From a virus: a stretch of 58,752 nucleotides of DNA. The notes beneath the pieces were generated by a model. It had not been told where the DNA came from. It worked only from the letters and a program-made list of their open reading frames with translations, and made no database searches. The DNA is taken from the IMG/VR virus record IMGVR_UViG_3300045988_067221, positions 1-58,752 of that record. The stretch is one strand, 5' to 3'. Within the stretch, counting starts at the first letter, position 1. Each line of letters starts with the position of its first letter. Of this stretch, positions 1-9,078 are shown in pieces. The position numbers and the translations under genes were made by a program.

Positions 1-54
1 CATCCATCCACATGCCGAAAGAAGCCGCACGTATCTGGCTTAAGGTTACGGATG
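1..54. repeat. Terminal direct repeat copy 1 (assembly overlap of a circular or circularly permuted genome)
   Basis: nt 1-54 (catccatccacatgccg...ggttacggatg) are identical to nt 58699-58752. Confidence 0.95.
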
Positions 55-377
55 TACGGGTGGAGCGGTTGCAGGATATTACAGAGGATGGTGCAGAAGC
101 CGAGGGAATGCCAGACAGCTTGGATTATCCAGTTGATAAGGCATATTGCCCATTGTGCAAAGGAGAAGGAATAATCGGCACTGTAGATGTTCATTCACTT
201 GGACATATGGATGTTGACTGCCCGTACTGTGACAGCTACCGAAAAAGATTTGAAAATTTGTGGAACAGCATTAACCAGAAGAGCCTTGACAGTTACGGCT
301 GGGATGCGAACCCGTGGGTCTGGGTGATTGAGTTTGAGCGGTGTGAGAAACCGCAGGAGGTAAACGATAATGATTAA
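1..377 (+). CDS. 3' part of the junction-spanning ORF (continues from 58371; ~234 aa in total); ASCH/PUA-like phage protein candidate
   Basis: Same frame as the ORF starting at 58371 once the 54-nt overlap is collapsed. N-terminus MAIKPILFNTEMVRAILDGRKTCTRR resembles ASCH-type phage proteins. C-terminal half is Cys-rich (CPLC..CPYC). Confidence 0.6.
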   Translation, partial: SIHMPKEAARIWLKVTDVRVERLQDITEDGAEAEGMPDSLDYPVDKAYCPLCKGEGIIGTVDVHSLGHMDVDCPYCDSYRKRFENLWNSINQKSLDSYGWDANPWVWVIEFERCEKPQEVNDND

Positions 378-630
378 GATTTTTTCCGGAATAGGCATGG
401 GTTGGGTGCTCTATGTCGCATACATATTACTTAAATGCAGTCTGGAAAGCTTCAAAAGATGGAGAAAAGCTGGGTGCAAGATCAAAATGCTCTGTAAACC
501 TCACATATACGATTTTTACTGTATGTGGCCGGGTGATGGAGAACTGACTCTGAAATGCAAAAAATGTGGAAAAATCAAGAAATTGTATGTTGATGTGGAA
601 TCGTTCAAAGGAGTGTTTGACAAAGTATGA
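370..630 (+). CDS. Hypothetical small protein (N-terminal hydrophobic segment, CxxC..CxxC)
   Basis: ORF track; ATGA overlap with the upstream gene; co-directional tight packing. Confidence 0.55.
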   Translation: MIKIFSGIGMGWVLYVAYILLKCSLESFKRWRKAGCKIKMLCKPHIYDFYCMWPGDGELTLKCKKCGKIKKLYVDVESFKGVFDKV

Positions 631-899
631 GCAAAAAAGTAAAGTGCTGTGAATGCGATTGTCTGATGCAGTGGGCACTTCCACAGGAAATTACAAAAGA
701 CAATTATGAGTATGCGAAAAGCTGTTTGGACTACGCAAAAAGAACAGGAGTGTGCGGCATAACTAGCAAAACAAAATTAAAGACTCATGAGCAATATTGC
801 AAGTATTTTGAGCCAATTGTTTTAAAAACAGACGAAAATGAACGAATAAAACGTCTGGAAGAAAAGATTAGAAAGTATGAGAAGGAGAACGGGCTATGA
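627..899 (+). CDS. Hypothetical Cys-rich small protein
   Basis: ORF track; overlapping start/stop with the neighbouring gene. Confidence 0.55.
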   Translation: MSKKVKCCECDCLMQWALPQEITKDNYEYAKSCLDYAKRTGVCGITSKTKLKTHEQYCKYFEPIVLKTDENERIKRLEEKIRKYEKENGL

Positions 900-956
900 G
901 AGAGATTCTTTTCCGTGGGAAACGGATTGATAATCCGGAACTGTTGGAGGAAAGCA

Positions 957-1352
957 ATGAAGGGGAATGAAGCAGAAATCTTACCGAGGGATATGCAGGA
1001 GTATCGTGAATTAACAGACCGTGTAAAAGCCATCTATGGAGATCAGATGACTCTGAAAGATATGGTGGATGTAATGGAACGAATAATCCGGGAGCCTGGC
1101 AGAAAAGATCCGGTCAATGCCAGAATCCTTACATACGATGAAGCGGCCATGTGGGATGAATACAGGAAAATCGGTACGGTGGAAGAATGCCGGGCGGCTA
1201 TGGAGAAGCAGAGAAAGAAACTTGTGAAAAATCAATATGGAACAAGCTATATCTGGAAAGCTGGATATTGCCCTGTATGTGGCTGCGGAGTTACAGCAAG
1301 ATGGGATTATTGCCAGTGCTGTGGGCAGAAGTTGAACTGGGAGAATGCATGA
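957..1352 (+). CDS. Hypothetical protein with C-terminal zinc ribbon (CPVCGC..CQCCG)
   Basis: ORF 915-1352; the first ATG is at 957. Confidence 0.55.
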   Translation: MKGNEAEILPRDMQEYRELTDRVKAIYGDQMTLKDMVDVMERIIREPGRKDPVNARILTYDEAAMWDEYRKIGTVEECRAAMEKQRKKLVKNQYGTSYIWKAGYCPVCGCGVTARWDYCQCCGQKLNWENA

Positions 1353-1747
1353 TGTCACGAAATAAAGAGGAGCGGGCAAGAATGGAGGGCATGGCACAGG
1401 CTCTACGAATTGCCAAATCAAAAGGTGTTGAAGGACTTGAGGAAGAATTAAGGATGAGGAATATTGTTGATCTTCCGTGTGCCGTCAGCAAGACTGCCAT
1501 GAATGAATGCATTATGCGGATAAAGAACAACACAGTTGATACAGTCACTATTTTATCGGCATATATTCTTCACGAAAAATTTGGTTTTGGGAGAACAAGA
1601 CTAGACAGATTTATTCATGAATTTAATTTTCAGGCAGAATGCCTGATGGATGATTATTTCACAGGGGACGACCAGATCGAAGTTCTCCGGCAGGAATGCG
1701 GACTTAATCTTGAAATTAGAAAAAATGATAAGGATGTGAGAATTTAA
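1349..1747 (+). CDS. Hypothetical protein
   Basis: In-frame ATG at 1349 overlaps the upstream stop (ATGATG); part of ORF 1187-1747. Confidence 0.55.
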   Translation: MMSRNKEERARMEGMAQALRIAKSKGVEGLEEELRMRNIVDLPCAVSKTAMNECIMRIKNNTVDTVTILSAYILHEKFGFGRTRLDRFIHEFNFQAECLMDDYFTGDDQIEVLRQECGLNLEIRKNDKDVRI

Positions 1748-1748
1748 G

Positions 1749-2712
1749 ATGGATCGTAATAAATTTAGAAAGGAAATGGCAATTGAAAGAAAAAGTTTTA
1801 TAGGGAAGAAAGTGGGCAGACTATTTGTTGCAGGACGCGCCGATGACATCATATCTCAAGACGGAAAAAGAACTATTCGATATAAATGCCTGTGCGACTG
1901 CGGAAATGAAACGATTGTAAGAAAAGCGCAGATAGCAAAAGGAGGAACTAGGTCTTGCGGTTGCATACAGAAAGAAATTGCAGCAGAGCGTCAAAGAACT
2001 CATGGATTATCTGAAAAATCTGGAAGATTATATCCTCTATGGAAAAGTATTAAATATCGTTGCTATTCAAAGACATCAAACTCCTTTCAAAATTATGGTG
2101 GAAGAGGCATTGAAATGTGTGATGAATGGAAAAACGACTTCAAAGCATTTTATGACTGGGCTATTGAAAATGGTTACAAAGAAGAAAAAAACAAGCAAGA
2201 GAATTAACGTACTTACTATAGACAGAATTGACGTTAATGGAAATTATTGTCCAGAAAATTGTAGGTTTGTGACCAATGATGTGCAGGCAAAAAATAAAAG
2301 AAATTCTATGACATATAGTGAAAAACACGCTGTATGTCCTGTATGCGGTAAAGAATACGAAAGATTATCAAGAAAAGGGCATGACACATGCAGTCGTACT
2401 TGCGCAAGAAAACTTTATTCCATCAACCATCCTAACATAAAGGATTATACAAAAATTTGTCCTATATGTAAAAAGGCATTTAATGCTAAAAGAGGAGGAC
2501 ATTTCAATGATGCTGTGTATTGTAGCAGAAAATGTAAAAATTTATCTTGTTCCCCGATTTGGGAGTATAAAGGAGAATCACACAGAGTTATTGAATGGGC
2601 TGAAATAGTAGGTATAAATGCACACTGCTTGTTGAACAGAAAAAAATTGGGATGGACTATTGAGGATATATTGACAATCCCATTGAAAGGCAGGAGAAAT
2701 GTCGAATATTAA
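1749..2712 (+). pseudogene. HNH/AP2-type homing-endonuclease-like gene split by a frameshift in an A7 run (2185-2191)
   Basis: ORF 1749-2207 (..RYKCLCDCGNETIVRKAQIAKGGTRSCGC..YGGRGIEMCDEWKNDFKAFYDWAIENGY) continues in the +1 frame of ORF 1978-2712 (..LTIDRIDVNGNYCPENCRFVTNDVQAKNKR..). Together they look like one protein. Confidence 0.6.
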
Positions 2713-3289
2713 TTATAAAAAACTGTATGCAATAAAAGAAAATAACCGGAAGCAAATACTAAAGGTTTGTCCGGATATGAAAAATCAAAGCGGTATTTAC
2801 TTCTACACAAGAGAAGATGAAAACGGAATATCGTACTTCTATATCGGCCAAAGTGTTGATTGTTTAGAGAGAAACATTTCTCATCTATCTGGATATCAGC
2901 ATATAGACTTGTCAATTAAAAAGAGAGGGTTTTATAGCGAAGATAATCCGTATGGGTGGAAACTTAATTTTATTCATTATCCAGAAAGGGAGCTTGATAA
3001 ATGGGAACAATATTGGATTTTGGTATATACAAAGAAAGGTTATCAATGTAGATATAACAAGACATCTGGTGGTCAAGGGGATGGGAAAGAGAAAATAAAT
3101 GAATTTAAACCATCAAAGGGCTACAGAGACGGGATTCAGCAGGGGAGAAAGAATATGGCTAGGGAATTATCGTCTATAGCAGAAAAACACCTTAAAATCG
3201 AGCTGAGAGCGGATAAGGCTAATAATAAAGTGTCACAGAAACAGTATGAGAAATTTATGGATTTATTGAAAGCGGGTGATTCAGAATGA
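2699..3289 (+). CDS. GIY-YIG homing-endonuclease-like protein
   Basis: SGIYFYT..(10 aa)..YFYIGQS matches the GIY-(10-11)-YIG spacing; conserved R/E follow; free-standing, next to the HNH-like gene. Confidence 0.7.
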   Translation: MSNINYKKLYAIKENNRKQILKVCPDMKNQSGIYFYTREDENGISYFYIGQSVDCLERNISHLSGYQHIDLSIKKRGFYSEDNPYGWKLNFIHYPERELDKWEQYWILVYTKKGYQCRYNKTSGGQGDGKEKINEFKPSKGYRDGIQQGRKNMARELSSIAEKHLKIELRADKANNKVSQKQYEKFMDLLKAGDSE

Positions 3290-3561
3290 AGATTTTAAGC
3301 AGAAAGAAATACAATAAACTCTTTAATGATTGCGAGGAATTGCAAAAAAAGATAGAAGAACTTAAAAGTATAAATGAAAGTCTTGGGAAAAAGCTAGAGG
3401 ATAAAAAGACAAGTTGCAAATTGAACAATGGTAAGGATTTCTGCTTTAAATGTGAAAACTCTTACAGATACAAGACATATTGGGGAGTGACAGAAATCGA
3501 AAAATGCGGTTGCTTGCTTGATGTGCCTTGCGAGGATTTTAAGAGAAAAGAAAGCGAGTGA
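3286..3561 (+). CDS. Hypothetical coiled-coil/Cys protein
   Basis: ORF track; ATGA overlap with the upstream gene. Confidence 0.5.
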   Translation: MKILSRKKYNKLFNDCEELQKKIEELKSINESLGKKLEDKKTSCKLNNGKDFCFKCENSYRYKTYWGVTEIEKCGCLLDVPCEDFKRKESE

Positions 3562-3567
3562 TTCAGA

Positions 3568-3765
3568 GTGATAACTAAAAGAAATGAATGCTGCGGTTGC
3601 GCTGTTCCGGCATATCCTTGCCTTGGAAATAGTTGTCCTAGAAGACATACGGCAGTGCTGATCTGCGACGAGTGTGGAGATGAAGTAGAAAAATTATACA
3701 AAGTGGACGGAATGCAGTTATGTGGCAGATGTGCGCTTGTGGAACTGGAGGTTGTTGAATTATGA
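3568..3765 (+). CDS. Hypothetical zinc-ribbon protein (GTG start)
   Basis: ORF track; CCGC..CDECG..CGRC. Confidence 0.45.
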   Translation: MITKRNECCGCAVPAYPCLGNSCPRRHTAVLICDECGDEVEKLYKVDGMQLCGRCALVELEVVEL

Positions 3766-4220
3766 AGGTTACAGAAAGAGAAGCTATTGAATATCTGAAT
3801 GGCAGGTATCTTATGGTTGGCTCACCTGAAAATCCGTCAAAAGAAGTATGTGAAAAACATAATGCAGTGTTAGAGCTGGCGATTAAAGCATTGAAGGAGC
3901 AGGAAAAACTGAAAAGAAAATATGTGACAAGAGAGCAGATAAATGAAATTGTTGCCTATATGAATGATGTGTGCGGAACATCATATAGACCAAACAACAA
4001 AGTAACCGAAAAACATATAAATGCCAGATTCGGAGAAAAGTATACCGTTGAGGATTTTAAAAAGGTTATCGACAAGAAAGCTGCGGAGTGGCTGGGGACT
4101 GATATGGAGAAGTTCTTGCGGCCTGAAACATTGTTTTGCAGCAAGTTCGAAGGATACTTAAACCAGATCAACACAGCGAAGCGCAAGAAAAGTCTTGCAG
4201 ATGAATGGGGAAACAGTTAA
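3762..4220 (+). CDS. Replication-associated protein with conserved phage C-terminal domain (DnaD/Phg_2220_C-like)
   Basis: ..YTVEDFKKVIDKKAAEWLGTDMEKFLRPETLFCSKFEGYLNQ resembles the conserved phage replisome-organiser C-terminus. Confidence 0.6.
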   Translation: MKVTEREAIEYLNGRYLMVGSPENPSKEVCEKHNAVLELAIKALKEQEKLKRKYVTREQINEIVAYMNDVCGTSYRPNNKVTEKHINARFGEKYTVEDFKKVIDKKAAEWLGTDMEKFLRPETLFCSKFEGYLNQINTAKRKKSLADEWGNS

Positions 4221-4771
4221 TGACGAGAGAAGAGACGCAGAAATTGCTTGCAATGGTTCAGGCTACATATCCGAATTATAACCCAATAGATAAGACAGCC
4301 TCTGTTAATGTATGGTTTGCTGTTCTGGTAGATTGCGATTGGAAGTTGGTTCAGACCGCATTTGTCGCATATGTTAGGGAGAATACAAGCGGTTTTGCTC
4401 CAGCTCCCGGTCAAATTATCGAAAAGATTCAATTGCTCACTAAACCAGAAGATTTGAATGAAATGGAAGCATGGGCGTTAGTGAGTAAGGCTATTAGAAG
4501 GAGTGCTTATAATAGCCGGGAAGAGTATGAGAAGCTGCCAGAATCTGTGCAGAAAGCCGTCGGTTCGTCAAATCAGTTATACGCTTGGGCAATGGACACA
4601 GAATACAATGAAAGTGTAGTGAGTAGCCATTTTGTCAGATGCTATCGAACAATTATTGAACGGGAAAATACGGTTGCGAAGATGCCGGAGAATATCAGAA
4701 AACTTATAGGACAGGTAAACCAGAAATTAGATGGAATAGAAAGCAATGCATATAGCATAGAAGAAAAATAA
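4205..4771 (+). CDS. G39P-like helicase loader/replisome organiser candidate
   Basis: N-terminus ..ETQKLLAMVQATYPNYNP..VNVWFAVLVDCDWKLVQTAF resembles SPP1 G39P-type loaders. Start uncertain (4205 or 4220). Confidence 0.5.
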   Translation: MGKQLMTREETQKLLAMVQATYPNYNPIDKTASVNVWFAVLVDCDWKLVQTAFVAYVRENTSGFAPAPGQIIEKIQLLTKPEDLNEMEAWALVSKAIRRSAYNSREEYEKLPESVQKAVGSSNQLYAWAMDTEYNESVVSSHFVRCYRTIIERENTVAKMPENIRKLIGQVNQKLDGIESNAYSIEEK

Positions 4772-5311
4772 ATGTTGGAAGGAGTGAAGAGGTTTGTCCG
4801 GACAATAAAGCTGGCTTTACTCCGAGATAAAATGAAAAGCCAAAAGGAACGAAGTGCGGAACTATATAAAAGCAGAAAAGAAAGCGGTCTGTGTCCTAGA
4901 TGCGGGAAACCGCTAGATAGAAATGGACATTATTGTTCTGAGTGTTTGGAAAAAGAAAGAGAATATCGCAGTGAAACAAAAAAATTTTGTAAGGAAAACG
5001 GAATTTGTCCGGTCTGCCATAAAGAAAAGTTGTATGGAGACGAGAAACAATGCATATTATGCAGAGAGTATCACTGGGAGTATGGCATAAAGAATCCACC
5101 AACCGATCAGCAGAAAGAAAAGTACAGAAACCGTTTTCGTGAGACACAAAAAAAAATATATGCAGAAAGAGTATCGAAGGGTATATGCACCAGATGCGGA
5201 AAACTAAAAGTAGTTCCAGGAAGAAAAAAGTGTGGAATCTGCCTTGAAAAAGACATGATTTTACACAGAAACAGGAGGGCTTATGAGGTCGAACTTCAGC
5301 AGACTAAGTAA
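4772..5311 (+). CDS. Multi-zinc-ribbon protein (five CxxC pairs), unknown function
   Basis: ORF track; repeated CPRCG/CSEC/CPVC/CILC/CTRCG/CGIC. Confidence 0.55.
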   Translation: MLEGVKRFVRTIKLALLRDKMKSQKERSAELYKSRKESGLCPRCGKPLDRNGHYCSECLEKEREYRSETKKFCKENGICPVCHKEKLYGDEKQCILCREYHWEYGIKNPPTDQQKEKYRNRFRETQKKIYAERVSKGICTRCGKLKVVPGRKKCGICLEKDMILHRNRRAYEVELQQTK

Positions 5312-5684
5312 GCCGGAAGTTGATCTTATAATTAAAAAAACCAATTTTACAGAAGAGGAAGAAATGATTTTCCATATGCTCTGTCGCGGAAAGAGCCTGG
5401 ATCAAATATGTTTAGAAACATTTCTTCCAAAATCTACACTATGCCGTAGGATTCATTCAATCAAAGAAAAGGTAGGAGATGATAAGGTGAAAAAGCAGGT
5501 TCCAATTTGGGAAAAAGTGACACTTACATTAGAAGAGGCTGCGGAATACAGCAACATAGGAATTAACAAAATAAGAGAGCTTTCAAATAATCCTCGATGC
5601 AATTTTGTGATTTTTGTCGGGAAAAAGCGGTTGATTAAAAGAAAAGAATTTGAGAAATACATTTCTGAGAATGTGGAATTGTAG
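5283..5684 (+). CDS. xis: Excisionase-family DNA-binding protein fused to an N-terminal sigma-r4/LuxR-like HTH
   Basis: RBS aggaggg. C-terminal ..LTLEEAAEYSNIGINKIRELSNNPRCNFVIFVGKKRLIKRKEFEKYI is Tn916-Xis/MerR-type excisionase-like. Lies directly upstream of int. Confidence 0.6.
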   Translation: MRSNFSRLSKPEVDLIIKKTNFTEEEEMIFHMLCRGKSLDQICLETFLPKSTLCRRIHSIKEKVGDDKVKKQVPIWEKVTLTLEEAAEYSNIGINKIRELSNNPRCNFVIFVGKKRLIKRKEFEKYISENVEL

Positions 5685-5756
5685 ACTTTTAGAGCCTTAT
5701 GTGATAATATAAAAAATTGCATAAGGCTTTTCTCATAAAGAAAGGAGAGGCGAAAC

Positions 5757-6887
5757 GTGGGAAAAGACTTGAAGGGAAAAGAGCTTGGTGTTGGGATTTC
5801 TCAGCAATCTGATAAATTGTATGTTGCAAGATTTACCGATAAGTTTGGAATTAGAAAAACCAAGCGATTCAAAAAATTGCAGGAATGCAGGCAATGGATT
5901 GCAGATGCAAGTTATATCAGCAAACATAGTGATATAGAAAATGCTTCTGACATACTTGTGGATACATGGTATGAATATTGGATCGGTATAAAGAAGCAAA
6001 CTGTAAGACCGAACACGGTTAGAAATTATTCCGAAAGGTATGAAAGAAATATTAAAGGAATTATAGGAAAAAAACTTCTTTCAGAAGTAAAACCAATTCA
6101 CTGCCAGAAAATTTTTTCTGATATGGCCGAGCAGGGATATAAGACTACTACAATCTATCAGACAAGGATAACTCTTTATAACATGCTTGAATTTGCAAAA
6201 GAGAATGATGTAATTTTAAGTAATCCATGTAAAAAATCTGTAAAGAGTGACATTGGGAAACCATCCGAAAAAAAAGTTGCTCTTACCATTGATGAGCAAA
6301 GAAAATTTTTAATGGCAGCGACAGGACAAAGTTATGAAAATCAATACAAATTTGTGCTTCAAACAGGGCTGAGAACAGGAGAGCTTGTAGGACTGAAGTG
6401 GAGTGATATTGATTTCGGAAAAAGAACGGTTACAATATCCAGGACGATGGAATACAGGTACAAGGTAGGAGAGTGGAGAGTTGGGCCGCCAAAAAGCAAG
6501 TCCGGTTATAGGACAATTCCTCTTACGGATGAAGCTATTAGAATCCTTAAAGATCAGAAAGAAAAGAATAGCAAAATCAAAGTTATCAATATTGAATGGA
6601 GAGATCAAGTTTTTCTTTCGAGGAAAGGGGAGCCAGTTAAAAACAGTACATATGACACTGCCTTATTTAAAATATGCGATAAAGCAGAGATAAGAAAATT
6701 TTGCATGCATATATTAAGGCATACATTTGCAACCAGATGTATTGAAGCTGGTATGATTCCGAAGACATTGCAAAAAATTCTTGGACATTCAAACATAGGG
6801 ATCACAATGAATTTGTATGTGGATGCTACAGAGGAAGAAAAAACAAAAGAGATGGATCTTGTCGCAGAAGCTCTTAAAGTAGTATAG
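5757..6887 (+). CDS. int: Tyrosine recombinase / phage integrase with N-terminal arm-binding (AP2-like) domain
   Basis: 376 aa. ..LQTGLRTGELVGLKWSDIDF.. (catalytic R box) and ..HILRHTFATRCIEAGMIPKTLQKILGHSNIGITMNLYV (HxxR..GH..Y). Confidence 0.9.
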   Translation: MGKDLKGKELGVGISQQSDKLYVARFTDKFGIRKTKRFKKLQECRQWIADASYISKHSDIENASDILVDTWYEYWIGIKKQTVRPNTVRNYSERYERNIKGIIGKKLLSEVKPIHCQKIFSDMAEQGYKTTTIYQTRITLYNMLEFAKENDVILSNPCKKSVKSDIGKPSEKKVALTIDEQRKFLMAATGQSYENQYKFVLQTGLRTGELVGLKWSDIDFGKRTVTISRTMEYRYKVGEWRVGPPKSKSGYRTIPLTDEAIRILKDQKEKNSKIKVINIEWRDQVFLSRKGEPVKNSTYDTALFKICDKAEIRKFCMHILRHTFATRCIEAGMIPKTLQKILGHSNIGITMNLYVDATEEEKTKEMDLVAEALKVV

Positions 6888-6892
6888 AACGA

Positions 6893-6918
6893 AAAAATTG
6901 GTACAGTAATTGGTACAC
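6893..6918 (+). repeat. Candidate attP arm-site pair, copy 1 (AAAAATTGGTACAGTAATTGGTACAC)
   Basis: 26-bp direct repeat of 7120-7145. Each copy holds two ATTGGTACA boxes. Lies immediately 3' of int. Confidence 0.6.
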
Positions 6919-7119
6919 TAGTAAAAATAAACAAAGAAAAATCCTTGAAAATCAAGGGATTTTAGGAGGAAATAGAGAAAATGAAATTAGGAATCGTTGT
7001 TAGGAGGGGATTTTTACAAAAATTTTTATAATTTTTCAAAAGCCTACAAAGCTTGAAAAATCAACGTTTTTTGGAGAATTTAACATTACATAAGTATTTA
7101 TAACTATTTATAAAAAAAT

Positions 7120-7145
7120 AAAAATTGGTACAGTAATTGGTACAC
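7120..7145 (+). repeat. Candidate attP arm-site pair, copy 2
   Basis: Identical 26-mer; the AT-rich ~200 bp between the copies could hold the crossover core. Confidence 0.6.
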
Positions 7146-7242
7146 CGAAAAGCCTTATGCAATTGAGAATATTATGAGAAGAAAACGAAAATTTTCTTCT
7201 CTTTTTTTATGCCAGAATATAAACAGAAGGAGGGAGAAAAGA

Positions 7243-7386
7243 ATGTTTTCAGATGAAATTTTAGAAAAGATTTTTGCCCGGAAAGAATTGCAGAGACTTG
7301 ATCTACAGACACAATCAGAAGTCATTCATGCAATTGAGAAAGTTTTAGAGGAGGTAAAAGAAGATGCCAGTTCCGTATCAGAATAA
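7243..7386 (+). CDS. Small hypothetical protein (first cargo gene)
   Basis: Internal ATG of ORF 7174-7386, preceded by RBS aggaggg. Confidence 0.5.
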   Translation: MFSDEILEKIFARKELQRLDLQTQSEVIHAIEKVLEEVKEDASSVSE

Positions 7387-7885
7387 CATGTACCCTCAGA
7401 TGACATATGGACAGCAGCAGTACGGTGTAAATTCTTATCTTCCGTATATTCAGCCGAGATTTCAGCAGCCGGAAGTTCCGGCACAGCAGGTTCAGCAACA
7501 GACTCCACCGGTGCAACAGATGCCAAGGGGACTTAACGGAATGGTCGTGCAGGCAATCGAAAACGTGACGGCTGATTGCGTCCCGATGGATGGATCAGCA
7601 GCTTTCTTCCCAAAGCAGGACTTGTCAGAAATCTATGTTAAAAGTTGGTGTGCTGATGGAACAATACGCACATTGACCTATAAACCGGTTCAACCAAATA
7701 CACCCAAAGAAGTCCAAGCTGACGCAGATAAAATGGCTTCTGGACTCGTGCAGAACGTCACAGAGGTATTTGAAAGACGCTTCAACGAGCTTTCCGAAAA
7801 GATTGATCGGTTGGAACTGTCAATAGCAAGACCGGGAACAAAAGGAAGAACTGCCACAGTGAAAAAGGATGGTGAATCTGAATGA
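7364..7885 (+). CDS. Cargo protein with Q/P/Y-rich low-complexity N-terminus
   Basis: MPVPYQNNMYPQMTYGQQQYG..QQPEVPAQQVQQQTPPVQQ followed by a globular part; GC-richer than the phage backbone. Confidence 0.6.
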   Translation: MPVPYQNNMYPQMTYGQQQYGVNSYLPYIQPRFQQPEVPAQQVQQQTPPVQQMPRGLNGMVVQAIENVTADCVPMDGSAAFFPKQDLSEIYVKSWCADGTIRTLTYKPVQPNTPKEVQADADKMASGLVQNVTEVFERRFNELSEKIDRLELSIARPGTKGRTATVKKDGESE

Positions 7886-8109
7886 ATCCGATGAATTTAA
7901 TGCAGATGTTTCAAAATCCACAGCAGTTTATGCAAAACATTATGGGAAACAACCAGATCATGAGCAATCCAATGGCTAAAAATGCCGTGGAACTTATGCA
8001 GAAAGGGGATGCACAGGGAGTTGAGCAGATGGCAAGAAACCTGTGCAAAGAAAAAGGTCTGAATGCAGATGAAGTAATGCAGCAGATAAAAAGCAAATTT
8101 AATCTTTGA
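7882..8109 (+). CDS. Small Q/N/M-rich cargo protein
   Basis: MNPMNLMQMFQNPQQFMQNIMGNNQIMSNPM..; ATGA overlap with the upstream gene. Confidence 0.55.
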   Translation: MNPMNLMQMFQNPQQFMQNIMGNNQIMSNPMAKNAVELMQKGDAQGVEQMARNLCKEKGLNADEVMQQIKSKFNL

Positions 8110-8182
8110 TAGCATATTAGAGGTTTGTGCACAAAACCTAGGGAACCTCTTTATGAATAAAATTTACGGAGGTAAATCTAAT

Positions 8183-8974
8183 ATGTTTAATGGCAACAAC
8201 ACACCTTTTACGATGCCGGTAATGCCTGCTAACACAGGTGGTTACGGAAACGGCGGTGCATGGGGAGACGGCGGATGGCTCTGGATCATCGTCGTATTCG
8301 CACTTCTTTTTGGCTGGGGAAACAACGGCTGGGGAGGATTTGGCGGAGGAAACGGCGGTGGTTATGTAGCAACAGCTGCTACCCAGGCAGACATCCAGCG
8401 TGGTTTTGATAATCAGGCGGTTATCAGCAAACTTGACGGAATTTCTAATGGATTGTGTGATGGTTTTTATGCCGTGAATAACGGTATGCTTACCGGATTC
8501 AATGGAATCAACACAAACATCATGCAGACCGGATTTGGAATCCAGCAGGCAATCAATGCAGATACCATTGCCAATATGCAGAACACCAATGCTTTGCAGG
8601 CACAGATTGCAAATTGCTGCTGCGAAACCCGTGAAGCTATTCAGGGTGTAAACTACAACATGGCACAGAATACCTGCGCTTTGCAGAACACAATGAACAG
8701 CAACACCAGAGACATCATCGACAGTCAGAATGCAGGAACCCGTGCAATCCTTGACTATCTGTGCCAGGAGAAAATCTCTGCTCTTCAGGCAGAGAATAGT
8801 GATCTTCGTCGGGCAGCTTCTCAGGATCGTCAGAGCGCACTTCTCACTACTCAGATGGTGGCTCAGACACAGCAGATCATTGATGCGGTACGTCCGACAC
8901 CAGTTCCGTCATATCCGGCATCTAACCTTTATGGTTATGCAGGCTGCGGATGCAACACTGGCTGCGGATGCTGA
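8183..8974 (+). CDS. Membrane-anchored Gly/Trp-rich protein with Q/N-rich coiled region and Cys-rich C-terminus
   Basis: ATG at 8183 follows RBS ggagg (the track ORF starts at 8153). GGYGNGGAWGDGGWLWIIVVFALLFGWGNNGWGGFGGGNGGG resembles tiny YjcZ-type sporulation TM proteins. The protein ends YGYAGCGCNTGCGC. Confidence 0.6.
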   Translation: MFNGNNTPFTMPVMPANTGGYGNGGAWGDGGWLWIIVVFALLFGWGNNGWGGFGGGNGGGYVATAATQADIQRGFDNQAVISKLDGISNGLCDGFYAVNNGMLTGFNGINTNIMQTGFGIQQAINADTIANMQNTNALQAQIANCCCETREAIQGVNYNMAQNTCALQNTMNSNTRDIIDSQNAGTRAILDYLCQEKISALQAENSDLRRAASQDRQSALLTTQMVAQTQQIIDAVRPTPVPSYPASNLYGYAGCGCNTGCGC

Positions 8975-9078
8975 CAACAGAATACAAGTAACTTAACCAA
9001 ACAGGTTATGTCTGCATAGCAGAATTACACAAGGGCAGGCTTAACGTCCTGCCCTTTATCATTTATGGAGGTAATATT

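Noticed and set aside
896-970. A 24-codon ORF MREILFRGKRIDNPELLEESNEGE resembling the first strand of YopX-type phage proteins
   Set aside because: It stops after 24 codons and the continuation is not in any frame. It is probably a remnant and too short to support as a feature.
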